The notes under the pieces are model-generated. The model saw nothing but the letters and a program-made list of their open reading frames with translations. It ran no database searches and was not told the DNA's origin. Made by a program: the position numbers and the translations under genes. Positions 26,103 through 34,384 of a stretch of DNA of 39,724 nt are shown piece by piece. Position 1 is the stretch's first letter. Each line of letters begins with the position of its first letter. Source of the DNA: a virus (lineage: Duplodnaviria; Caudoviricetes); IMG/VR virus record IMGVR_UViG_3300038318_000128, positions 1-39,724 of that record, one strand, 5' to 3'.

Positions 26103-26491
26103 TGAAAAATAAGATTACAAGTCTGCCGCCTATCTTGGCGGTGGACTTTGATGGAACCTTAGTTGAGGACAAATACCCGGACATAGGAGAGCCTAACCTT
26201 GTATTATTCAGGGATTTGAAAATAATTCAAAAAGCTGGTTATAGGATTATACTATGGACTTGCCGAACGGATAAAAGCCTGGAACAAGCAATAGAATTCT
26301 GCGCTTCTCAAGGACTTATTTTTGATGCTATTAACAAAAATATACCTGAAGTTATTGAAACTTTTGGGGGTGATGCTCGTAAAATCTATGCTGATGCTTA
26401 TATAGACGATAAGAATATGAAAGTTTGGGGGAGAGAAGATTATGCCCTTAGAAAATACAATAGTAAACAGAATTTTAGCTTATCTCAATGA
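26102..26491 (+). CDS. HAD-superfamily phosphatase
   Basis: AVDFDGT, WTCR, K.YAD.YIDD; GTG start after a GGAG RBS. Confidence 0.85.
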   Translation: MKNKITSLPPILAVDFDGTLVEDKYPDIGEPNLVLFRDLKIIQKAGYRIILWTCRTDKSLEQAIEFCASQGLIFDAINKNIPEVIETFGGDARKIYADAYIDDKNMKVWGREDYALRKYNSKQNFSLSQ

Positions 26492-26810
26492 AGAAGTGGA
26501 AGATTGCGTAGCAGAAAAAGTACACGGAAATCAATATCAAGTAGGTAGACCTGATATAAATGGGTGTTGGAAAGGGCGTTGCTTTAGAATAGAAGTAAAA
26601 AGCCCTGACCACGGTAATAAACCCACAAAAATTCAACTCCTTAACCTTAAACAATGGCGTAGAGCTGGGGCTATCTCTTTTGTGGCCTATAGCCTAGAGG
26701 AAGTTAAACAGGTTATTCACAATAGTGGTAGCCCTTGGCAATTTCAAGAAGTCTGTAAGCATGGGGAATACTTAGAAGGGTGTAAGATTTGTAGTAGGAG
26801 GCTAAGCTAA
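26442..26810 (+). CDS. VRR-NUC nuclease / Holliday junction resolvase
   Basis: GRPDI, IEVK, PTKIQ. Confidence 0.88.
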   Translation: MPLENTIVNRILAYLNEEVEDCVAEKVHGNQYQVGRPDINGCWKGRCFRIEVKSPDHGNKPTKIQLLNLKQWRRAGAISFVAYSLEEVKQVIHNSGSPWQFQEVCKHGEYLEGCKICSRRLS

Positions 26811-26811
26811 T

Positions 26812-28185
26812 ATGATACTACACACTAAACCTTGGAAACATCAGTTAGAGGCACTAGAATATCTAATGCCTAGAAGCTGTGGAGCTTTGTATATAGACCC
26901 TGGTAGTGGTAAAACCAAAGTCATGATTGACTTAATTGCTAACCGTGGGTTTAAACGAGTATTGATATTGGCTACTAAGCGAATTTGCTCTCAGAAAGTA
27001 TGGGAAAGCGAATTCCACAAGCACTACAGCACGAATAATTACAAGATTTTAAGCCTTTACTCTTACTCATCTGACCGTAAGGTCACAGAAGCTAAAAAAC
27101 TCTTAAATTTGAGCAATAAATACCTCCAAATAATCGTAGTTAATTACGATAGCGTGTGGCGTAAACCGTTTAGAGATTACGTGTTAAAAGCGGAGTTTGA
27201 TTGCGTTATTTGCGATGAAAGTCACCGTATAAAAAGTGCTGGGAGTAAAGTGTCAAGATTCTTGGCTTTATTGGGTAAAAGAACTCCTAATAGATTTATT
27301 ATGACTGGTACTCCTCTAGCCCAAGGACCATTAGACTTATACGGTCAATACCGCTTTCTAGACCCACAAATATTTGGCACTAAGTTTGATGATTTTAAGT
27401 ATAGGTATGGTAATTACATACACACCAATCAGGGATACCCTATACTTAACAAGAAGAACCCATACAAAAATTTGGATGAGCTATACGAAAAGATGTTTTA
27501 TTGTGCCTATACTTGTTCAGACTTAGACTTGAATTTACCCCCTTATTTGGATATTTTGTGGGAGTTTGACTTACCCTACAAAACCCAGAAATACTACAAA
27601 GAATTGAAAAAAGAGAGCTGTCTAGAGCTGAAATCTGGCTTAGTTACTCCCAAAAACGCTTTAGTGGTATTAACAAGACTTCAGCAACTTACCAGTGGTT
27701 ATCTGCCTACAGACCAAGGAGTTGTGGAAATAGACAAGGCTAGGCGCGAAGCTTTTCAGGAATTGCTGGAAAGTCTGCCCGATGAGCCTATTGTAGTTTT
27801 TTGTAGATTCAAGAAGGACATAAAAAATGTCAAATCTGTGGTAAGATGTATAGGTAGAAAAAGTTCAGAGATATCTGGAGATAGGGATACATCAGAAGAT
27901 TGGAAGGCTGGGAAAACTAACGTGCTAGTGATTCAGATAGCGGCAGGAGCAGAAGGAATAGACCTAACCAGGGCAAGGTATGGCATATACTACACTAAAG
28001 ACCGTAGATTGTGGCTATACAAGCAAAGTCGCAAAAGACTTCACCGCCCTGGTCAAGCCAAAGCTGTGAGATTTTATCACATCACAGCTAAAATGAAAGG
28101 AGGTAGAACTATTGACGAGTTAATCAGCATGGACTTGGAAAACGGTCAAAATATCATTGACCGAATAATGGCTGGAAATATCTAA
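26812..28185 (+). CDS. SNF2-family helicase
   Basis: PGSGKT, DESH, MTGTP, EGIDL, R.HRPGQ. Confidence 0.92.
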   Translation: MILHTKPWKHQLEALEYLMPRSCGALYIDPGSGKTKVMIDLIANRGFKRVLILATKRICSQKVWESEFHKHYSTNNYKILSLYSYSSDRKVTEAKKLLNLSNKYLQIIVVNYDSVWRKPFRDYVLKAEFDCVICDESHRIKSAGSKVSRFLALLGKRTPNRFIMTGTPLAQGPLDLYGQYRFLDPQIFGTKFDDFKYRYGNYIHTNQGYPILNKKNPYKNLDELYEKMFYCAYTCSDLDLNLPPYLDILWEFDLPYKTQKYYKELKKESCLELKSGLVTPKNALVVLTRLQQLTSGYLPTDQGVVEIDKARREAFQELLESLPDEPIVVFCRFKKDIKNVKSVVRCIGRKSSEISGDRDTSEDWKAGKTNVLVIQIAAGAEGIDLTRARYGIYYTKDRRLWLYKQSRKRLHRPGQAKAVRFYHITAKMKGGRTIDELISMDLENGQNIIDRIMAGNI

Positions 28186-28225
28186 CTTAGTGGGATTCCT
28201 ATAGTCGCGCAAGCATCCAAACCTC

Positions 28226-28249
28226 GCCGGGGAGGGTTAAATCCCCGGC
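28226..28249. terminator. GC-rich hairpin between the convergent arms (probable terminator)
   Basis: GCCGGGGA/TCCCCGGC stem; the U-tract is weak. Confidence 0.5.
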
Positions 28250-28264
28250 CTTATGTCTTCTTCT

Positions 28265-28978
28265 TTAGCTCAACATGTTCTTAACATACTTCTTGGCTAC
28301 CTCCGCTCGGATAACGAACCCCATTCCTTCAACGGCCACATCTACCAACTTGGCCGTTACAATCCCCACTATTTCCCCGCGTTCATTTACGCAAGGCCCG
28401 CCTGAATTCCCCGGAGAAATCGGGGCATCAATTTGCATGAAGTCTCCCCGATTCGTATTAGCTAGTATTCCTACGGATACGGTTTCTGTGTATCCCTGCG
28501 GTGCCCCAATCACGGCAACGGGCTCACCAAGTTCATACCCTTCCGCAAATTTCAGTGGTGGTAAATCATATTTTGTTCTGATGATTGCTAAGTCTTTACT
28601 AGGGTCATCGCTGTGTAGTTCCCAATCAAAATTGGGAATCCCAAGATCATCCTTAACACAAAAGCCTCTAGTTACATTCCCGACAACGTGAGAATTGGTC
28701 AAAATATACGACCATTTCCCATCCCTGGCCACGCAAGACCCAGACCCTAAACTAGGCCCGGTATGTACCAGCACTATTGAGGGGATAACCTCTGGAAGGA
28801 TATCTGAGAAAACCCCATCCCGGAAAATCATTTTAGCGATCACTGCGGCCATTTCCTCCCGCGTAATGGGTCTATCCGGTTTAAAAGTTCCATCGGGATA
28901 CCCGGCAACTATTCCCAATTCCGACGCCTTTTTGATTACCTTTGCTGACCATCTGCCAGCTTCAACATCTTTAAACAT
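28265..28978 (-). CDS. SLH-domain + trypsin-like (HtrA-type) serine protease
   Basis: FKDV...W...GIVAGYPDGTFKPDRPITREE (SLH); TNSHVV, DLAII and GNSGGP form the catalytic triad. Confidence 0.9.
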   Translation of the reverse strand: MFKDVEAGRWSAKVIKKASELGIVAGYPDGTFKPDRPITREEMAAVIAKMIFRDGVFSDILPEVIPSIVLVHTGPSLGSGSCVARDGKWSYILTNSHVVGNVTRGFCVKDDLGIPNFDWELHSDDPSKDLAIIRTKYDLPPLKFAEGYELGEPVAVIGAPQGYTETVSVGILANTNRGDFMQIDAPISPGNSGGPCVNERGEIVGIVTAKLVDVAVEGMGFVIRAEVAKKYVKNMLS

Positions 28979-29258
28979 TTATTTCCCTCCCTCTCTGGAA
29001 TACGCCCAATAAATCGTGGACAAAGTTTGCCCCTCTAGAAATCAATATACCTGTAAAGATTGACCCAAGGTATGGTACGGTCATGGGAATTCCCACAGTA
29101 GTGCAAGCATCTAGCCCAGCGGCTACAGCTACGCCAACTCCAATAACTAAAGAGCCAATGCGATCAGCAGATAACTTTCCAGCCTGATAAGTCATTTTTC
29201 CAGTTTCCCAAACGGCCTCTACCAAGGCCGCTCCTATAACTATCTGGGTAAAATCCAT
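28971..29258 (-). CDS. Holin
   Basis: Hydrophobic helices, TGILISRGANFVHDL, next to the endolysin. Confidence 0.75.
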   Translation of the reverse strand: MDFTQIVIGAALVEAVWETGKMTYQAGKLSADRIGSLVIGVGVAVAAGLDACTTVGIPMTVPYLGSIFTGILISRGANFVHDLLGVFQRGREINV

Positions 29259-29270
29259 GTCTACCCCTCC

Positions 29271-29969
29271 CTATTTAATATTTGCTCGTACGGCTTTACT
29301 GTCCCAAGTCAACGAAAGATTCATAGCATTCACTACTTCTCTAACGGCCACCCCCTCCCCGAAATAGGATGTCCCACCAACAATATACCCTGGAAAATCC
29401 TTGCCTTTTATGCGGATAGTGCATGGCTTTTTTAAAGGCTCTCCTGTATAGTCTAATAGGCCAGAAGCTATGGCAAAAGCCAGTTTTTTCTGGAATTCTG
29501 GTTTTACAAGCTGTTCTTCCTGTTCTGGATTCGATATAAAGCCCAATTCTACCAGGATAGCAGGCATTTTAGTTTCACGAGTCATCTGAAGATTCGCAAC
29601 CCGAATACCTCCATCCGGCCATCCAGAAGCTTGAACCAATCGGGGTTGAACATACCTTGCTATCTTTTCGGCTTGACCTCCTAAACCTTGGATAAAAGTG
29701 GAAATATAGCCAGGCACAGGGGATGCTACTGAATTTATATGAATAGATACAACGAAGTCACAATTAGCTTTATTGAGAATAGCAACTCTTTGGTCTAGGC
29801 TGACAGTCTTGTCTATTTCACGAACCATAATAATGGTATTATCAAAAGAGGCAAGAAATTTTTTGACCTCTAGAGCTATAGCTAAAGTTATGTCTTTTTC
29901 ATGTTCGCTCAATCCAACTGCTCCTGGGTCAGCCCCACCATGTCCTGCGTCTAACCCAATTTTGGCCAT
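29271..29969 (-). CDS. Endolysin, N-acetylmuramoyl-L-alanine amidase (Amidase_3)
   Basis: LDAGHGG.DPGA, EKD, SIHIN, LVELGFISN. Confidence 0.95.
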   Translation of the reverse strand: MAKIGLDAGHGGADPGAVGLSEHEKDITLAIALEVKKFLASFDNTIIMVREIDKTVSLDQRVAILNKANCDFVVSIHINSVASPVPGYISTFIQGLGGQAEKIARYVQPRLVQASGWPDGGIRVANLQMTRETKMPAILVELGFISNPEQEEQLVKPEFQKKLAFAIASGLLDYTGEPLKKPCTIRIKGKDFPGYIVGGTSYFGEGVAVREVVNAMNLSLTWDSKAVRANIK

Positions 29970-29983
29970 AAAATTTCACCCCT

Positions 29984-30274
29984 TCAATATACAGACTGGG
30001 ATACCCGCCGTAAATACTCACTATACTTGATACTTACATTTTTCGCCCAATCCAGGGCTTCTTCCAAATCTCCATTGACTTCTTGGTTCATAACAGCTTT
30101 TGCTGTAACCTGAGCTAAATTGAGATTGGCTTGAATCATTTCCATCTGGACCAGGTTTCCTTCTTGCCTTAGGTCATTGATTTTTTTGTCTTTTCTTTGG
30201 TGCGCCCCAATATAAGCTACGCCAACAGCTCCAGCAGTTGATATAAGCGTTGTAAATATGCCCAGGTATCCCAT
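29984..30274 (-). CDS. Single-TM lysis-module protein (holin-like)
   Basis: N-terminal transmembrane segment; upstream of the amidase. Confidence 0.55.
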   Translation of the reverse strand: MGYLGIFTTLISTAGAVGVAYIGAHQRKDKKINDLRQEGNLVQMEMIQANLNLAQVTAKAVMNQEVNGDLEEALDWAKNVSIKYSEYLRRVSQSVY

Positions 30275-30290
30275 TCTCCAACCCTCCCTA

Positions 30291-30503
30291 TTAGATTTTG
30301 CCTTCTCCCTCCTCGACTACTACTAGTTCAGCCTCTAACTTTGCTTTTTTGGCCTCCAGCAAATCCCGTCTTTCTATGTACTTTGTTTGCTGTGATATAA
30401 GCCCTGTGATATTATACTCAGTATTTTGTATCTGCATCTCTACTACATAAAGCTGTTTGTTGGCCTTCTGGAGTTCTTCTTGCAATTCTGCTTTCGACAA
30501 CAT
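30291..30503 (-). CDS. Small coiled-coil protein
   Basis: GGAGGTGA RBS; heptad pattern. Confidence 0.6.
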   Translation of the reverse strand: MLSKAELQEELQKANKQLYVVEMQIQNTEYNITGLISQQTKYIERRDLLEAKKAKLEAELVVVEEGEGKI

Positions 30504-33500
30504 TTTTCGGTATCACCTCCATAAATTTACGATGCGCAAAGTCTTTCCTAACAGCAGATAGAGTCCAAGAAAACTCTACTCCGTCAGCAACCTCATGATA
30601 GTCCTTAACAACAAAATAGTCCTCGCCAATCTCGTCAATATAGAGCAGGGCTTTGCCGTGTGGGGTCACATCAAATACCCACTTACTGTATTCAGTATTT
30701 GGTTCGATACAGGCTAAAAACATAGGGTCGATGTCAATTCGGCACTCACCATTAGTCAGTATTCCAATGTCGGGGTATATATACCTAACTTCCGGGCACT
30801 CCACGGCAGATATGGCTAAATCACCATAAATAGTGCTTTCTACAGCGTTTTTAGGGGAACCGCTTACATTTAAGCTCCCAATAACTTGAACAGCCCCTTC
30901 TAGCCAAATGTCGTAAGCTGATTTTATAGTCACTGTAGTATCAGCTCTAAAATATACTGACCCTCCTGCATCGACATAAAATTGACCAGTGGGGGTTGCA
31001 GATATTCTCCTACCGTCAAGATGTAAGTCCCTCCAAAAAGTGTCACCAGAACCATGACCAGAGTTCGCTTGTATACGTAACCCCTGCCCCATAGCATCGT
31101 CCATGGTGGTAATTGAGCATATCCGCTCATCCAGAGATGGGTCATGAAAGCTCATTATTGGACCTCTACTGGTAGACATGATATCGAACAATTCTTTGCC
31201 ATTAAGCTTCATTCCAAAGGGGTAAGTGTAGAATTCAGTAACTGGACCTAAGTAGGCATAACTAGTGTCTCCTTCTTTCCCCGTAAAGATTTGGCTGGAG
31301 TATATCTCCCCGCCAATAATCTTCAACCCATACTTCCTGATAGCACCGCTTAACCATGAACCCAGCAGTACCCGCAAGGCATCGCTGGAGTCATAGACCT
31401 TTATGCCGTCAGGTTCCAGCTTAAGATAGCCGGGCAGAGCATCAAGATCGGCTTTTACCCAGAATGGTGCTTCAGTCGTGTACCAGCCTGATATCTCGGC
31501 ATCGGTTCTGGCTACTTTGTCTATGCGGAGTTCGTCGATTGGGTTGTTCCATTGTTGGGATCCTGCGTAGTTGCTCCCAAGATACAGTTTGGTCACGCCT
31601 GTGAAAGCTACGGGATTTGCCAGCGTTGTTGTCGCTACCTCGTCCCCATCAATAAATAACGCTACAAGTGCCCCGGCCCATTCCACAGTTACCATGTGCC
31701 AACCGGAAGAGGGGTAATTGATACCAAACGCGGATACCCCATCGAAAAGAATTAATATTGTTCCACCAGTGCCCTTATATGCAATAAATCTGCTTCCATC
31801 TGTGTCCCATAAATATGAGTATGGGCCTTGTTTACTGCTGTCAAAGTATGCCCAGACTGACAATGTACCCTGCGCGGGGGTTAATATGCCCGTTGTTGGT
31901 ATTGTCAAGACTTCATTCGCACGAGTGCCTATTGAGAATGGATTAAGGTATTCTCCAATCTCTAGCTGGGCTTGGTCAAAATCTAGCGTTCCAACCGCAG
32001 CTAAAAGCCTGACCAGAACAGTCACGGTTCCTGTTCCAGCGACAGAAAAAGATGCCGATATTCTGTGCCATTTCCCATCATTCGGTATAACAACGGATTT
32101 ATCCCCCGGCGAAGATGAGTCAGACATATTATAAACATTAATCCTGCCTGTACCATTACCCCTAACGTATACACTGGCTGTATATGTAGTCCCTTTGTTT
32201 ATAGTTACGTCTTGGACAAATCCCCAACCATAACCGTAAGAGTAGTACCCGCCTCCATCCCTGCCTCCTGTGCTGTGCCACGTCGCATCAGTGCCCCAAT
32301 CTGAATCTGTGTCAAAATTAGGATTGATGAGTAAGTTCGTTGCTCCTACTTCCCCTAAATACGCCTTGCCGAACTTCCCGTCCTCAAACCTTGGCTTATT
32401 GGCCTCAACCTTAGTCCCGTCCTCAAGATAGGCTGGAGAGGGACGGGTGAAGGTTAGATTCGGGCCAATCGAGGGAGCCAACCCACCGTCAAAGTGGTAC
32501 ATGGCGGTGCAGTTCTCGTCCGCGTCCATGCCGGGTGTTATGCCCTGCACTTGCATTAATATCGATAAGAATCCCTCTTCGAAGTTTGTGGCTGAGCCGA
32601 TCTGCACCATTCCAGCATCGAGTTGCCCTGTTTTGATGAAGTTGGCGTTAATTGCCCCGTCCATCGTCATGGCTATGTCGTATTCACGGGCAGGGTTATC
32701 TGCTCCTGTAACATTATCGCTATACCCCAGACCGCCCATGTTCCAACGCCAGATTTTGGTTGCCTGATCGGGGTCAGGATGATCCATAATTAATATCTCA
32801 TTAGTTTCGTCCGGGGATTGCCTGATTAGCACGTTGCCCCCTATGGCCTCATTGAGTAGTTGGGCTGTTTGGTCTGCCGATAAAGCCAAATCCTGGGCCG
32901 CTCTTGCAATGGCTACTATGGAGGATACAGCCTTAACTTGCTGATTCTGAACTCCTCTAATAAGTCCGTGCTTTCCTGCTCCCTTGAGATTGTGCGGGCC
33001 ACGATATCGCCAAGTTGAGTGAGTGATGATAGAGGCAATATCACTACTACCTAGCGCGCTGGTATCAGAGAGAGTAATATAATCTCCAGGCTGAATGGAG
33101 GGGTCTCCAATAAATTCAGCATCGAAAGGTACATATATTGCTGTAGTTATTTGAGCTAAAATATTGTCTAGAACAGAATTTATTTGCCCTTCTGACATAC
33201 CTGCCATTAAAGGATTTTCCTCTAAGCTTAGAATCATCCCCTCAATCCCACGAGCATAACTGGTATCTCCTATTTGCATAGTCACCTTAGTTATCTGTAT
33301 GGCAAAGTCAGATACCTTAGAGCTAAATCTTTCTTGTTTGCTTATAGTCCTGGAGCTAACTTTGGATTTTATGGGGATAATTTCAAGTTGCCCCAACTTG
33401 CCTATACGGGCAAACGCGCCCATAATCTGACACGCCCACATCAATAGGTCACGGCAGGTTTTAATCTTGGATGCGTCTGGAGCCGCGAATAATAGTGTAG

Positions 33501-34008
33501 CATTGGCAAAGGTGTCAATCTCAGCAATACTGGTGCCTAGAGTCACCCCGGCTAAATTACAGGCATGAACTACAAGATTGCGTGGACTACTTGACCCCGG
33601 TTCTCCGCAAGGTATGTCAAAAAGTAGCATACTATCTATGGCTTTGATATTTACTACATTTTGCTTGCGTTGAATATCAGTGATGTAAAAAACTCCTAGG
33701 GGCACATTCTCCCACAAACTACTCCCGATATCTAACCCAAAATTCAGCTCTACCCTAGCACCGTCTAGACTATAAGGATTAGCTAGGGGTACATCAAGAG
33801 ATACCCCTAGCTCAGAAGCATAGACGTTACCAATCTCAATATCCTCTCCAGATACAGCCTGTTCAGATACATACAAACTACCCTGGACGATATCTTCATC
33901 AGAAATATTGATTATTGTGCTGTCTTTTAAAGTAATAGACCCAGTTATTCTGACGTTTCGTATATTTTGAGTTATAGCAGTTTTATAGGCTCCTGTTGTA
34001 GGGTACAT
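30418..34008 (-). CDS. Tail tip / receptor-binding protein with CBM-like and LamG-like inserts and a probable C-terminal chaperone domain
   Basis: 1196 aa after the distal tail gene; WRWNMGGLG, NLLINPNFD (CBM4/9-like), WHMVTVEW...LFIDG...IDELRI (LamG). Confidence 0.8.
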   Translation of the reverse strand: MYPTTGAYKTAITQNIRNVRITGSITLKDSTIINISDEDIVQGSLYVSEQAVSGEDIEIGNVYASELGVSLDVPLANPYSLDGARVELNFGLDIGSSLWENVPLGVFYITDIQRKQNVVNIKAIDSMLLFDIPCGEPGSSSPRNLVVHACNLAGVTLGTSIAEIDTFANATLLFAAPDASKIKTCRDLLMWACQIMGAFARIGKLGQLEIIPIKSKVSSRTISKQERFSSKVSDFAIQITKVTMQIGDTSYARGIEGMILSLEENPLMAGMSEGQINSVLDNILAQITTAIYVPFDAEFIGDPSIQPGDYITLSDTSALGSSDIASIITHSTWRYRGPHNLKGAGKHGLIRGVQNQQVKAVSSIVAIARAAQDLALSADQTAQLLNEAIGGNVLIRQSPDETNEILIMDHPDPDQATKIWRWNMGGLGYSDNVTGADNPAREYDIAMTMDGAINANFIKTGQLDAGMVQIGSATNFEEGFLSILMQVQGITPGMDADENCTAMYHFDGGLAPSIGPNLTFTRPSPAYLEDGTKVEANKPRFEDGKFGKAYLGEVGATNLLINPNFDTDSDWGTDATWHSTGGRDGGGYYSYGYGWGFVQDVTINKGTTYTASVYVRGNGTGRINVYNMSDSSSPGDKSVVIPNDGKWHRISASFSVAGTGTVTVLVRLLAAVGTLDFDQAQLEIGEYLNPFSIGTRANEVLTIPTTGILTPAQGTLSVWAYFDSSKQGPYSYLWDTDGSRFIAYKGTGGTILILFDGVSAFGINYPSSGWHMVTVEWAGALVALFIDGDEVATTTLANPVAFTGVTKLYLGSNYAGSQQWNNPIDELRIDKVARTDAEISGWYTTEAPFWVKADLDALPGYLKLEPDGIKVYDSSDALRVLLGSWLSGAIRKYGLKIIGGEIYSSQIFTGKEGDTSYAYLGPVTEFYTYPFGMKLNGKELFDIMSTSRGPIMSFHDPSLDERICSITTMDDAMGQGLRIQANSGHGSGDTFWRDLHLDGRRISATPTGQFYVDAGGSVYFRADTTVTIKSAYDIWLEGAVQVIGSLNVSGSPKNAVESTIYGDLAISAVECPEVRYIYPDIGILTNGECRIDIDPMFLACIEPNTEYSKWVFDVTPHGKALLYIDEIGEDYFVVKDYHEVADGVEFSWTLSAVRKDFAHRKFMEVIPKNVVESRIARRTPEGQQTALCSRDADTKY

Positions 34009-34019
34009 GATTCACCCTC

Positions 34020-34382
34020 CTAGTACTCAATTAGAGAAGCGGTAAGCTCCCAGATGCTGTTGGAAGGATTACTATTGTCATACTTTATCAACTTACCAGA
34101 CTTAGGACCACAGTACATATCTGTAACTGCATTTGTGGCACTTGTGGGGTCGAAGAAAGTCACAGAAAATTTGGATGGAGACAAAGAAGAAGCTATAATT
34201 TGTAGTTCTGTCCCTGACACTTTCCAAGTCACTTCTATCTTGTAAACTCCAGCCCTTACCCTGTCACGAGATAATACCCCAGTCTCAGTTCTTTTAGTAT
34301 TTTCACTATCAATGTCCTGAATAGACACTTCGTATTCAGAAGGGCCAGGCATATCAGTAGTGCCTATCTTGATTAGTGCCAA
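34020..34382 (-). CDS. Distal tail protein
   Basis: Follows the tape measure gene; P.P..Y, R...G...RDRVR, MYCG, LIEY. Confidence 0.7.
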   Translation of the reverse strand: MALIKIGTTDMPGPSEYEVSIQDIDSENTKRTETGVLSRDRVRAGVYKIEVTWKVSGTELQIIASSLSPSKFSVTFFDPTSATNAVTDMYCGPKSGKLIKYDNSNPSNSIWELTASLIEY

Positions 34383-34384
34383 CT

